From a virus, in IMG/VR virus record IMGVR_UViG_3300006310_000001: 64,000 nt of DNA; one strand, given 5' to 3'. Below are positions 1 to 9,601 of the stretch, piece by piece; positions within the stretch are counted from its first letter, which is position 1; the number at the start of each line of letters is the position of its first letter. Position numbers and translations under genes: made by a program. The notes beneath the pieces are model-generated. The model was not told where the DNA came from. It was given only the letters and a program-made list of their open reading frames with translations, and did not search any database.

Positions 1-15
1 TTTAAACGTTTTCAT
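1..15 (-). CDS. 5' end of a gene continuing beyond the left window edge (MKTFK...)
   Basis: cat at 13-15 reads ATG AAA ACG TTT AAA, overlapping the stop of ORF 2-130 (translational coupling). MKTFK resembles T4 internal-protein leaders. Confidence 0.45.
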
Positions 16-130
16 TTTTTTCTTTTCCCTTTTCTTTTGCTGTGTCCTCTTTAGGACAATCAGCTATTACTTCTTCCTCAAAATCGTCCAAGTCTTTATC
101 TTCATTAAAAATCTTAAACTTTTTTAACAT
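2..130 (-). CDS. small acidic hypothetical protein (42 aa, MLKKFKIFNEDKDLDDFEEEVIADC...)
   Basis: Translated by hand, below the ORF-track cutoff. Overlaps the end of 114-326 and is coupled to the next start. Confidence 0.55.
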   Translation of the reverse strand: MLKKFKIFNEDKDLDDFEEEVIADCPKEDTAKEKGKEKNENV

Positions 131-326
131 CTTCTGTTTTAACTGGATTATCTCCAGTCATTCCTATTAACTTATTAACTTGTTGAATAGCGCCATTGAT
201 TGCATTTAAATTTGCTTTCATCTGACCCAAATCAATTTCAACTTGTTTTATATTTTTTGCCAACTTATCAAAATCTACTTGTAGACCTTGTTTTTCTTCG
301 TTAAGTTGCCCAATACTTATAGTCAT
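114..326 (-). CDS. hypothetical coiled-coil protein (70 aa)
   Basis: ORF with GGAG RBS and heptad-like pattern. Confidence 0.7.
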   Translation of the reverse strand: MTISIGQLNEEKQGLQVDFDKLAKNIKQVEIDLGQMKANLNAINGAIQQVNKLIGMTGDNPVKTEDVKKV

Positions 327-348
327 AATTATCTCCTTATATTATATA

Positions 349-810
349 TTATGCAACTGCGTATCCGAAACCTGCAATTACGTTCCAATTTGAATTTTTA
401 AATAATAAAGTAACTGTTTCACCTGACGCATTTAAAGCGATGTTTGTTCCACCTCTTAAATTTGTTGGTGTTATAGTTATTACGTTAGTACCTGCTGTTG
501 ATGTATTAATAACAGTTTTAACTTGACCGCTTGAGCCATCTGCTAATGATACTGCACCTGTTCCAGTAGTTGCGTTAACTTCTGTTACTGCACTTTCTAC
601 ATCTGCTACTAATGGATCAACTCCATTTGCTGTTAATGTTTGGGATGCTTGAGCAAGACCTAAAAACGTTGGTACGTTATTAAATACATTTGCTGCTGAT
701 ACTTTTTTGTTTATCGGTGTGCCTGATGGATCATCTATTACGTGAAACAGGTCTACACTTGCTATTGCGTTACCTAAATCGGTAAGCTGGGTGACTTTTT
801 TATCTGCCAT
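349..810 (-). CDS. putative virion structural protein (MADKKVTQLTDL-type N-terminus, Gly/Thr/Asn-rich)
   Basis: N-terminus typical of phage tail/fibre-associated proteins; own late promoter; GGAG RBS. Confidence 0.55.
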   Translation of the reverse strand: MADKKVTQLTDLGNAIASVDLFHVIDDPSGTPINKKVSAANVFNNVPTFLGLAQASQTLTANGVDPLVADVESAVTEVNATTGTGAVSLADGSSGQVKTVINTSTAGTNVITITPTNLRGGTNIALNASGETVTLLFKNSNWNVIAGFGYAVA

Positions 811-870
811 TTGTTTCTCCTATTAACCCTTTCGGGAATGCTACTGTAGGTAATTCCTACATCATAATAT

Positions 871-878
871 TATTTATA
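871..878 (-). promoter_or_regulatory. T4-type late (gp55) promoter TATAAATA
   Basis: Exact consensus upstream of 349-810. Confidence 0.75.
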
Positions 879-879
879 A

Positions 880-901
880 GGGCAACCCTAGAGGATTGCC
901 C
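880..901 (-). terminator. hairpin after 917-1207, directly abutting the next late promoter
   Basis: GGGCAATCC-TCTA-GGGTTGCCC, 9-bp stem with one G-U pair. Confidence 0.5.
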
Positions 902-916
902 CTACGTTATTGATTA

Positions 917-1207
917 TTAAGCGTCAGCTGAATTAGTCAATGCAACAAGAGTTTCTTGTGATACACGACCTGCTCTGCCACCTGAACCAGTTGTTTTTAA
1001 ATTCCAACCTGCGTGAGCTACTTTTCCATCTGATACTTCACTATCTTTGTAATTAAACAATCCGATAGTAACACCTGTGATGAAATTGTCAGCAGTTGCG
1101 TCATTAAAAAGGTTCGTACGGTGAACACTAGTAAACGGCAATCTAATTGCCGCTACTGCCCATAAGGGTGCTCCAGCCGCTTCGTCTTTATTAGTGTGAC
1201 TTGACAT
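917..1207 (-). CDS. putative virion structural protein (96 aa)
   Basis: Late promoter upstream; HAGW...GRAGRV..ETLVA motif typical of small myovirus structural proteins. Confidence 0.55.
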   Translation of the reverse strand: MSSHTNKDEAAGAPLWAVAAIRLPFTSVHRTNLFNDATADNFITGVTIGLFNYKDSEVSDGKVAHAGWNLKTTGSGGRAGRVSQETLVALTNSADA

Positions 1208-1263
1208 ATTATTCTCTCCTTTAATATTTTATGTTAAAGTACTCAATTCTTAATATATGTGTA

Positions 1264-1271
1264 TATTTATA
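1264..1271 (-). promoter_or_regulatory. late promoter TATAAATA
   Basis: Exact consensus. Confidence 0.7.
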
Positions 1272-1284
1272 AGAAAAAGGTGTG

Positions 1285-1779
1285 TTAGAAACCTAATTGT
1301 TTTAGCTGTCTTATTGAATTAGACGCTGAAGTATGATATATTCCTATACCACCACGACTTGTAAATGCATCCGTATTAGGTTTATAATCGTCAACTAATA
1401 CTGCAGGACTTCTGTATCCTGTTTGAGCATAATTTTGTTTCTGACTTCTTAAAACTAAATTAACTCTTGCACCACTTAAACCTAATTGACTTCTGCACCA
1501 TTTACTTTTACCTGGTATACAGTTCGGGTCTATATCACGCTTAACATACGCTGATAATATATCTGGCTTATGTTTTTTGATATAGTTCCACAATTGTTTA
1601 CCATCAGAAATCCAAGGTAATCTTTCCCAAAAAGTTTTATCATTTCTGATTGGGTTCCATTTTTCTTTTTTTGTTAGGGACATCCATTTACTGATAGGGA
1701 CTCCTGTTGCTTTCTCGGCACCTTTTTTAAAGTCTGCCAATACGCCGTCCATATCACAATAGAGTTTAGGAAGAGGCAT
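1285..1779 (-). CDS. HAD-superfamily phosphatase, 5'(3')-deoxyribonucleotidase-like
   Basis: Motif I LYCDMDGVLADF, ILSA, K and LVDD motif IV. Confidence 0.8.
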   Translation of the reverse strand: MPLPKLYCDMDGVLADFKKGAEKATGVPISKWMSLTKKEKWNPIRNDKTFWERLPWISDGKQLWNYIKKHKPDILSAYVKRDIDPNCIPGKSKWCRSQLGLSGARVNLVLRSQKQNYAQTGYRSPAVLVDDYKPNTDAFTSRGGIGIYHTSASNSIRQLKQLGF

Positions 1780-1796
1780 AATCTGAATTGCCTCCT

Positions 1797-3206
1797 TTAA
1801 TTAGTATAACTTATCTCTGGATCAGTTTCAATTTTTGAAGCAGGGTTACCAGTCATAGTTCTACCTTTGGTAGGTTCATCTTTCTTTTTAGCAAGTTTTG
1901 CTTTTTCTGCTTTTTCTTTAAGTCTTGCTCTTAAAGTTTCATATTTTAGTTTGTAAGGACTTACTGCTTCTTTTTTAACTTCGTCTTTGTCTTCTTTGTC
2001 TTCTTTTTTTTCTGCTTTATCTCTTAAAAGTTTTTGTGCTAGTCCAACTGTTAAAGGAACTTCTCCTGTTTCTTTATCTGCAACAGGTTTAATTACTTTA
2101 TTTTTTTCATTTTCTAATTTTGCTTTTAATATATTTACTTGACCTTGCAACGTTAAAATTTGTTTCTCTTGTGCTGCTGGGTCTTTAGCACTTGGTCCAT
2201 CTTTACTATCTTTAGAATCCCTTGTTGCTCTTATCTTTGCAATCTTTACACCTGGTTTATTATCTTTTGCAATAGGTGGAATTTTGCTTTCATTTCTTGT
2301 AGGTAACAGTACAGAATCTCCTCTTGTTGCTGTTTCATTAGCTGCTTTATTCCAAATATTTCTAATAGTATTTTCTAAATTTACTGATGGTTCTGGTTTA
2401 TCACTACCAATAACATCTTTCTTTGGTTCTTTTTTATCTTCTGTAGTAGATACATTTGCTGTACTAAACTTAACTTCTTTTTTCTTATCAGCCATTTTAG
2501 ATACTTCTCCAGCGTCAATCGTTTCTTGCATATCTTCTGTAGGTCTTTGTGATTCTACACCTGATATTGCAAAAGGTGTATCTGTATCATATCCTTCTGC
2601 AAGTTTCCATCCTTTTGCTAAATATTCTTTTTCTTTAGTCTTATCTATTACGATAGTCTTGCCGTGTTTAGAAACCATTGTTTCTTTTTTAGGGTCTTTA
2701 AGTTGTCTTGGTAATTCTTCTTCTATATCTTTGCCTTTAGGTTCTTTCTCACTAACTCTATAACCAAATCTATATTTTTTCCTAACACCACTTGAAGCAG
2801 TACCTCTTCTTGAAGATGAATTAGCTCCACCTGGCATTGCTTCTGAAACAGTTTCTTCCGACATTGCTTCTTGTCTTGCTAAATTCTTGTCGTTTGCTAA
2901 ATGAGGTTTGATTCTATTGCCATTATATGCTCTTTTATTTTCAGGTATCTTTTCTACTTTACCACCTTTGTCAATAAAGTCTTTCATCAACTGCTCATCA
3001 GCGTGTTTTCCTGTAGAAGGTTTCCATTCTTCTTCTACTTTATTAAAAAATGCTATCTTTTCTTTAGGTGTCATTGAACCAATACCACCCATAGTATTTT
3101 TTAATGCTTCAGCGAATTTCTTTTTATAACCTTCTTGTTTATACTTCGCTTGATGTTTATATACCACATCCTCAATACTGCCTGGTTTTTGTTTTAAATA
3201 TGCCAT
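1797..3206 (-). CDS. large Lys/Glu-rich hypothetical protein, probable internal head protein
   Basis: Start moved to MAYLKQKPGS (GAGGAG RBS). Low-complexity charged protein in a late block. Confidence 0.6.
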   Translation of the reverse strand: MAYLKQKPGSIEDVVYKHQAKYKQEGYKKKFAEALKNTMGGIGSMTPKEKIAFFNKVEEEWKPSTGKHADEQLMKDFIDKGGKVEKIPENKRAYNGNRIKPHLANDKNLARQEAMSEETVSEAMPGGANSSSRRGTASSGVRKKYRFGYRVSEKEPKGKDIEEELPRQLKDPKKETMVSKHGKTIVIDKTKEKEYLAKGWKLAEGYDTDTPFAISGVESQRPTEDMQETIDAGEVSKMADKKKEVKFSTANVSTTEDKKEPKKDVIGSDKPEPSVNLENTIRNIWNKAANETATRGDSVLLPTRNESKIPPIAKDNKPGVKIAKIRATRDSKDSKDGPSAKDPAAQEKQILTLQGQVNILKAKLENEKNKVIKPVADKETGEVPLTVGLAQKLLRDKAEKKEDKEDKDEVKKEAVSPYKLKYETLRARLKEKAEKAKLAKKKDEPTKGRTMTGNPASKIETDPEISYTN

Positions 3207-3210
3207 AATA

Positions 3211-5148
3211 CTATTTATCTCCTCGTTTATGCTGGGACCACAATCTTTCAAAAGTCATTTTAGCACCTACGTGCTCGTCCTTTTTAATTGCCTTAGCAAT
3301 TTCGTGACCTTTTACTATCGTTGATTTTTTCAACGGTGTTCCGCTATCCTTTTTAATCTCTTTTGCCTTTGCCATACCTATTGCATATGCTTTGTCATCA
3401 TCTTCTACTAATTTTGATATGTGTGGTATGTCTGCCGCTTTAATTGCAAGTTGTGTAGGTATATCCATTCTCTTAATCATTTGTTTAACAGCGTCGGTTA
3501 CATCTGTTGCTTTTTTATTCTTCCATACACCCTTAATATTAGCAATTTGTTTATCACTCATTTTACTTTGTAAATATCCACTATCTTCTTTTATTTTTCC
3601 ATAAGATGGATCATAACTATGAGTCATAGAATATTCTATATCTCCGACTCTATCTTTTGGTCCAGCTGGTTCTACTTCAATATCATCTGGATCTTCAATA
3701 CTTCCACCACCACCTGGTCCTATGTTTCTTTTCTTTCTATGTTTATCTAATTCTTTTTCCCATTTTCTTTCAGCATCCTGTTTACTAGACGCACTAATAA
3801 TCATTTTAAATCTATCTTGACCAGATATGTTTTTATATCCTGTAATACCAGAAATTGCCCACCTGCCTTCTTTAATTACTTTAGCTGATTTAGTCTTACT
3901 CATATCACCTGTTTTATACCAACTAATATATTTTTCTGCTTCAGCAGGTGTATTATATTTACCAATAACTAATTTACTTCCATCTGTTTTTGTAATCTGT
4001 ACTGTATATGCTTCTTTATATACATCAATTTCTACTGGATCAAAACCACCAGGTCTACCAACAGACCTCTTTCGTTTATTCCACAACTCAGCAAATTTAT
4101 CTGCTAATTTATCTGCTTGTTTTTGTGCGTCTTTATCATTAGAAGCATTTAATGTTCCTTCATCTTCTTGATCCCCACCATCATTACCGTAATCGGATGA
4201 TATCTTAATATTATAATTATATTTTGCTTCTGTAGCAATTTGTTTGCCTTCTGGTTCTGGTAATCTTTGTTCAACAGGTGATGTATTTCTACCCATTTTA
4301 TCAATCTTAAATCCCTTACTTCTTAATTTCTGTGCTCTGTTTTGTAAATCTTGTAAAGTTTTTGCGTCTTCAAAACCTGCGTGTTTACCGTACTTATCAC
4401 TATAAGACAATCTAAATTCTGCTTTTTCATCAAGCTGTTCTCTTCTCATTTGTGCCAATTGGGCAGCATTAGCTCCGTGTTTTGAAATGAGTCTTGCTTG
4501 CGCTAACATTGACACAAATGGAATCTTTGCTTTTAATAACTTTATTAAAAGCGGTTTGCTCTTATCAAACTTATCAAAAATTTTCATAAGTTTGTTTGCA
4601 TTAATTCCACTTATAGTTTTACCTTGTAATCCTGCGTAATCTTTTTTCAAACTTGCTATTTGAGTGTCAGTAAATTCAGCAAATACTTCTTCACCTAAAA
4701 TAGTTTTTACAGTTGATACTTTTAGTTTTAATCTTTTAGCAATCTCTTCTTTAGATTTACCTTCTTGATCCATCGTGTAGATATCTTTCATTCTACCTTC
4801 ATCAAGTTCTTCTAGTTGTTCTTCTTTATTCAACCATTCGCTATGTTTTTTACCTGGGTGTACTTTTGAACAATCGTGTTCTTCACCTAAAATTGATTTA
4901 GGCATTATTGCTACATCACCATTAGTTTTTTCTACTTCTTTTTTTAGTAATGATTTAGCTTTTTCCACATCCGCTCTTGGAAGGAATAAGATACCGTATG
5001 AAAATCTAGTACGACCAATGCCGTGTTTCTTTAAAAAAGTTTGGACTCCCCACTCAAAACCTTCGCTCATTTTATAGCGAGTCAAACTCATAGGTTCTCT
5101 ATACCTACTTTGTTTCCACTTTTCTAATTGTTCTTTTAAGTCGCCCAT
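3211..5148 (-). CDS. large charged modular hypothetical protein with an HTH-like segment, probable internal head polyprotein
   Basis: Start moved to MGDLKEQLE, adjacent to the upstream stop. Modules are separated by LDE/LGE/IKE motifs; SKEEIAKRLKLKVSTVKTIL is HTH-like. Confidence 0.6.
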   Translation of the reverse strand: MGDLKEQLEKWKQSRYREPMSLTRYKMSEGFEWGVQTFLKKHGIGRTRFSYGILFLPRADVEKAKSLLKKEVEKTNGDVAIMPKSILGEEHDCSKVHPGKKHSEWLNKEEQLEELDEGRMKDIYTMDQEGKSKEEIAKRLKLKVSTVKTILGEEVFAEFTDTQIASLKKDYAGLQGKTISGINANKLMKIFDKFDKSKPLLIKLLKAKIPFVSMLAQARLISKHGANAAQLAQMRREQLDEKAEFRLSYSDKYGKHAGFEDAKTLQDLQNRAQKLRSKGFKIDKMGRNTSPVEQRLPEPEGKQIATEAKYNYNIKISSDYGNDGGDQEDEGTLNASNDKDAQKQADKLADKFAELWNKRKRSVGRPGGFDPVEIDVYKEAYTVQITKTDGSKLVIGKYNTPAEAEKYISWYKTGDMSKTKSAKVIKEGRWAISGITGYKNISGQDRFKMIISASSKQDAERKWEKELDKHRKKRNIGPGGGGSIEDPDDIEVEPAGPKDRVGDIEYSMTHSYDPSYGKIKEDSGYLQSKMSDKQIANIKGVWKNKKATDVTDAVKQMIKRMDIPTQLAIKAADIPHISKLVEDDDKAYAIGMAKAKEIKKDSGTPLKKSTIVKGHEIAKAIKKDEHVGAKMTFERLWSQHKRGDK

Positions 5149-5149
5149 T

Positions 5150-5572
5150 TTATTTAAATATGTTTTGTCTTTTGAAATTGTATGATAAACTATGTCTGCT
5201 GTATAAGTGTCCACCGTGTGTGTCAAATACACGATTTAATGAGTCCATATACTTTCTATCTAAAACGTTTCCTCTAGCACCTTTTGCTGGAGCATTAATA
5301 CCAGCTGCCTTCAAAACATCTCCTGTTACCTTATCTACGAAGGCGTGGATACTTCTCTTTTGTCCTCGTTCCGTATCCCAAATTTTGATATACTTACCAC
5401 CAACACTTGTAGCTACATCACGTTTTTGGTCTCTATATAAATTGGCAAATTGTGGGTGTCTTTTGATTTTTTCCCTAGCGATTTTAAGGTAATCATCAAC
5501 TCCCTTTAAGACCATAGCCGAACTTTCTGCTACGTATAGTTTTTGTACGTATTCTTTGAATTTAGTTGCCAT
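5150..5572 (-). CDS. conserved-looking phage hypothetical protein (140 aa)
   Basis: KYIKI...SIHAFVDKVTGDVLKAAG.NAPAKGARGNV motif; KFKEY leader. Confidence 0.7.
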   Translation of the reverse strand: MATKFKEYVQKLYVAESSAMVLKGVDDYLKIAREKIKRHPQFANLYRDQKRDVATSVGGKYIKIWDTERGQKRSIHAFVDKVTGDVLKAAGINAPAKGARGNVLDRKYMDSLNRVFDTHGGHLYSRHSLSYNFKRQNIFK

Positions 5573-5580
5573 TTCTCTCT

Positions 5581-8322
5581 CTAAAGTTTCTCAATCATCT
5601 TAGCGACTACTTCGTTTAGTTTCGCTTTCCACTCTTCTTTATAACGTTGTTTATATTTATCTATTGTTGAATCTTGGTTTGACCATTCTTTTACTTCCTT
5701 TGTAGTTAATTTATCCTCACCAACTTTAGCATCCGTTGCCTTACCTGGGCGTGATATGTATGTATCAGTAGGTTTTCCTCGGTCTTTTGAGTCAACAGGA
5801 GGTGCATCCTCTTTTTCTCCTGGTGTCATCTGTTTACAATGATTAGCATAGTCAGCACCTATTTCATAACTATCTCTAATTGCTGTGTAAGGTTTAGGTA
5901 CTGGTATTGTTTCAACTGCTTCAAATCCATAATCAACATCTAGGTTGTATTCTCTTAACATTGGTTCTTTGTCAGCAGCAATTGGTATACAATCCCATAT
6001 CCAGCATTTGTGTAAATTATTATTCGTATCTTCTAGTACAACATAGTTCGTACCTCTTCGTACTACCTTACCTTGTTTATCTTCTTTAAGATACTTGACT
6101 TGGTCTCCAATATTAAATATCATCTCCCTAACGTATAGGTCTCTAACTTGTTTCTGTTCAAACTGTCCTAATGTCATAACAGGTTTTGAAATATCTGGTT
6201 TATAGTCTTCTCTTATACCCATACCTTTTCTTACTGCTTTAAACAGTCCATCAACATCTCTAAAATGAGATGGTAGTCCTCTCTTAAATGACGCTACATC
6301 ACCTTTTTGAGCAGCATCCCTCATCTTGCTCGCACTCATACCTGAAGCGCCCTCAGCGTCTGGATCACGCTCTCCAGCAGATATAACATCTATTGTTTTG
6401 AAGTTATAGAATCCGTGTCTATTCTTTTCATTGTTATATTTTTTAAGTATCGTTTCAAATTCTCTTACTCTATCACTACCTACTACAAATTTAAGAACAT
6501 TATGCCCTTTGTTATATAACATAGTAGCAATATCTAATATCATATTTGTTGTATTAATTTCAATGTTTCTAGCATATTGTGGAAATATCTTTTTCATCCA
6601 AGATAATTTTTCTCTAGGAGATAATGGATTCTTTTTACTATCTTCTGACCTACTGATATAGATTTTATAATTTCTATCTGCTCTTACAACTTTATTAATA
6701 AGTTTTTCGTGACCTATTGTTGGAGGATTAAATCTTCCAAATGTAATTGCAATAGATTTTTCTCCTACTGCTTCTGATTTTAAACTTTTTATTTCTGCGT
6801 CTGTTACCTTTTCATCTTCTAATATTTTTTTACATTTGTAAAAGAATTTTGTGTAATGAAATTTCTCCAAATACTTATAGACAACATTTTTAGGTAACTT
6901 ATGAGCGATACCATATTTTTTAATCTCTTCTGGTGTCAAAGGTCTATTAAATAAATCTCTTCTTGCCTGCATAAGGTTATCACCCATTTCGGACATCTTC
7001 TTTATAGCATCCTCTATCTCTTCTAATTTCTCAGCAGTTTTTATATGTAAATCTAATACATCATTTGGTTTTAATTCTTTTAACTCTTCATAGTCAACTA
7101 TATCTCTTTGTAATTCTCCTTTAACTACATCTAGTTCTGCCACTTTCTTTTGAAATTCTGCCTCATATACTTTAGGATCAAACGTTTGTGCTGGAGGTCT
7201 CTTATCAAATTTCTGTTTGAATACATCATAAACTCCTATAGAAGTTGCAAGATGAGCGTCATTTACTTTAGGGTCTGTTTGAACATAATAATTAATCGGG
7301 TGTTGCGTACCTGGTACTAACTTACCACTAACTTCTCCTACAGATTGTCTTGCTTCTAAACCAACTGTTTCTCTATCTTTTTCTGGTATGTCTATCAATA
7401 CATCAATATCTAAATCTGCGTCATTTCTATATCTCTTTCCAAGAATAGAACCTATTAATTTTACTGACACAACAGGACCCCATTTTGAAAAATGATTTGC
7501 ACCTGCTTTAATCATATCAAAAACTTTTGGTTTTAATTTTGGATTTTCTGTTTCAGCATTATCAAATACACCAACAGCATATCTACTTCTAGGTACATCT
7601 ATAATACTTTCTCCCATTACCAATCTTCTACCAACACTAAACATTGTATTCTTAAACATTTGTTCTCTTGACATCCAATTTTTTGCAATATGACTTTTAA
7701 CTGGTGCTCTCATATATCGTCTAACTAATCTATCACAACCTGCTAATGTTGCTGTTACCAATTCTTTATCTGACCTATTGTTATCTACTACAATAAAATT
7801 TGATTGACCAAATAATCTTTGAAACTTACCTATATTAGATTGTACTTTCTCCCAAGATGTTTGCACAACATATTCTGGTATTTGTCTACTTCTTATTTTA
7901 TTTCTTTCTAACGCAACAGGTAATGTTGTGTTAACAAATATCATATAACAATCATAACCTAATGCGTGTAGCATATTATATTCGGAACTTATTCTTCCAT
8001 AATCTCTTCCAGTTGCGTCAATAACTAAACCTAATCTGCCCCCTACATAGGTATGTAATTGTTTCATCATTGTACCTTTTGCTCTGGCTCTTATAAGGTC
8101 TCTAAAATATGCTTCTTGGTCAGGCATTTTGTCTGAAAGACCTGCCTGTTTTAATGCTCTTTCAAATATTGTATCTGAATTAACAAACTTTAATCCAGTT
8201 CCAGCAAATGCGGAAGAAGCGATAAAGGTTTTTCCTGAACCTGGTCCACCTGCCATAAAAAAGGCTTTAAATATACCTGGATCGTATACACCTTCTTGTA
8301 ATAAAAATTCTTTAAACTTCAT
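5581..8322 (-). CDS. multidomain enzyme: P-loop (zeta/Pnk-like) kinase + Pol-beta-type nucleotidyltransferase + HIGH-type (cytidylyltransferase/NMNAT-like) nucleotidyltransferase
   Basis: GGPGSGKT Walker A; GS..x..DADLDID; TFGRFNPPTIGH and SASKMR. Confidence 0.75.
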   Translation of the reverse strand: MKFKEFLLQEGVYDPGIFKAFFMAGGPGSGKTFIASSAFAGTGLKFVNSDTIFERALKQAGLSDKMPDQEAYFRDLIRARAKGTMMKQLHTYVGGRLGLVIDATGRDYGRISSEYNMLHALGYDCYMIFVNTTLPVALERNKIRSRQIPEYVVQTSWEKVQSNIGKFQRLFGQSNFIVVDNNRSDKELVTATLAGCDRLVRRYMRAPVKSHIAKNWMSREQMFKNTMFSVGRRLVMGESIIDVPRSRYAVGVFDNAETENPKLKPKVFDMIKAGANHFSKWGPVVSVKLIGSILGKRYRNDADLDIDVLIDIPEKDRETVGLEARQSVGEVSGKLVPGTQHPINYYVQTDPKVNDAHLATSIGVYDVFKQKFDKRPPAQTFDPKVYEAEFQKKVAELDVVKGELQRDIVDYEELKELKPNDVLDLHIKTAEKLEEIEDAIKKMSEMGDNLMQARRDLFNRPLTPEEIKKYGIAHKLPKNVVYKYLEKFHYTKFFYKCKKILEDEKVTDAEIKSLKSEAVGEKSIAITFGRFNPPTIGHEKLINKVVRADRNYKIYISRSEDSKKNPLSPREKLSWMKKIFPQYARNIEINTTNMILDIATMLYNKGHNVLKFVVGSDRVREFETILKKYNNEKNRHGFYNFKTIDVISAGERDPDAEGASGMSASKMRDAAQKGDVASFKRGLPSHFRDVDGLFKAVRKGMGIREDYKPDISKPVMTLGQFEQKQVRDLYVREMIFNIGDQVKYLKEDKQGKVVRRGTNYVVLEDTNNNLHKCWIWDCIPIAADKEPMLREYNLDVDYGFEAVETIPVPKPYTAIRDSYEIGADYANHCKQMTPGEKEDAPPVDSKDRGKPTDTYISRPGKATDAKVGEDKLTTKEVKEWSNQDSTIDKYKQRYKEEWKAKLNEVVAKMIEKL

Positions 8323-9537
8323 TTATTTCCATCCTTTTGGCAACGTAAAGTTTGCCCTACTAAATTCTAATCTATCTACTATTTTTACTGCACCTGCTAC
8401 TCTATCTACTGCAACATATCCTTCAGGTGCTGTTACTCTATATCCTGTTCCAGTTTTAATGTAGTGTCCTATCTGTTGAATTTGATTCATCTTTTGTATC
8501 AATGTGTTCTTCGCATTACCTAAAGTTACGTGACTTGCAATTGCCATATATAGACCTGATTTATTTTGATTAATAAATCTTAATCCATCTGCTAATATAT
8601 CTCTATATTTTTGTTTTGCTTTTTCAGTTTTTCTTTGGTCTATTTCTGTCTTCAAAATGTTTTCATAATAATCTCTAAACATATCTTGCAAGACTCTAAC
8701 CTTTGCCATACTGCCTTTATTATTTCTAATGTAATGATTGAAAAATGCTTTTAATCTAAACCCTACAGATAAAGGGTCACTAGCACGACTAGTCATTTCA
8801 TCTAATATCTTACTTGCTCTACCTAAAGAACCTTCTGCCATTCTTAATTGAGCATCAAATTTTCCTAGTTCTGATTTAGTAAAAGTAATAGAACCAGAGT
8901 CATCCTTATATTCAGCACTCGCAACCCATACTCTTGCATTACCTGACCCTCTAACATTACCAAAACTTGCATTTAAACTTTTCATATCTTTACCAGTATA
9001 CATTGTATGAAATACTATACCCATTTTAGCACGAGCAATCTTCTTACCAATATTGCTACTTGCCTGTACTGCATATGTGATTGTATTTGGTGTAAAGGTT
9101 ATCATTTTTTCACCATCAATTGAAGCTGATTTTTTATCGTTAGTGAATAATAAATCACCTTGTAAAATTTGTTTAATGTTTAGACTAGATAAATGATTAA
9201 GACATACTGATAGTTTTTGAGCAACAGGACCAGAATGGTTCCGTCTTATGTCTGCTGTTGTGTAATTGATTTTAGGGGTTACGTTGAATATTGATTTTGT
9301 ACCAACAAAGAATTTACCGTTTTCAGGATTGACCCCACATATAATAGCAGGTGCCCCATCCCATTTAACAGTAGTATTGATTTTTGCTCCCGAGTGACCT
9401 GCGAGCATATCTCTTACTGATTTTAGAAAGTTAATTGCGTTAACTCCACCAGATGAACCTCTATTGATTATATCATCTTCTAGGTGTTCTAGGTGTGTGT
9501 TCTTATCGTTTGTTGTAAAACCTTTAAAACTAAACAT
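8323..9537 (-). CDS. conserved myovirus protein with ligase-like KxDG motif (DUF6267-like)
   Basis: KNTHLEHLED, TVKWDGAP, PEGYV and VKIVDR motifs. Confidence 0.6.
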   Translation of the reverse strand: MFSFKGFTTNDKNTHLEHLEDDIINRGSSGGVNAINFLKSVRDMLAGHSGAKINTTVKWDGAPAIICGVNPENGKFFVGTKSIFNVTPKINYTTADIRRNHSGPVAQKLSVCLNHLSSLNIKQILQGDLLFTNDKKSASIDGEKMITFTPNTITYAVQASSNIGKKIARAKMGIVFHTMYTGKDMKSLNASFGNVRGSGNARVWVASAEYKDDSGSITFTKSELGKFDAQLRMAEGSLGRASKILDEMTSRASDPLSVGFRLKAFFNHYIRNNKGSMAKVRVLQDMFRDYYENILKTEIDQRKTEKAKQKYRDILADGLRFINQNKSGLYMAIASHVTLGNAKNTLIQKMNQIQQIGHYIKTGTGYRVTAPEGYVAVDRVAGAVKIVDRLEFSRANFTLPKGWK

Positions 9538-9601
9538 TATTCCTCATTTATTCCATTAGTATAATCTATATTCACATATCCATTAACAAATCATATACTA
9601 C

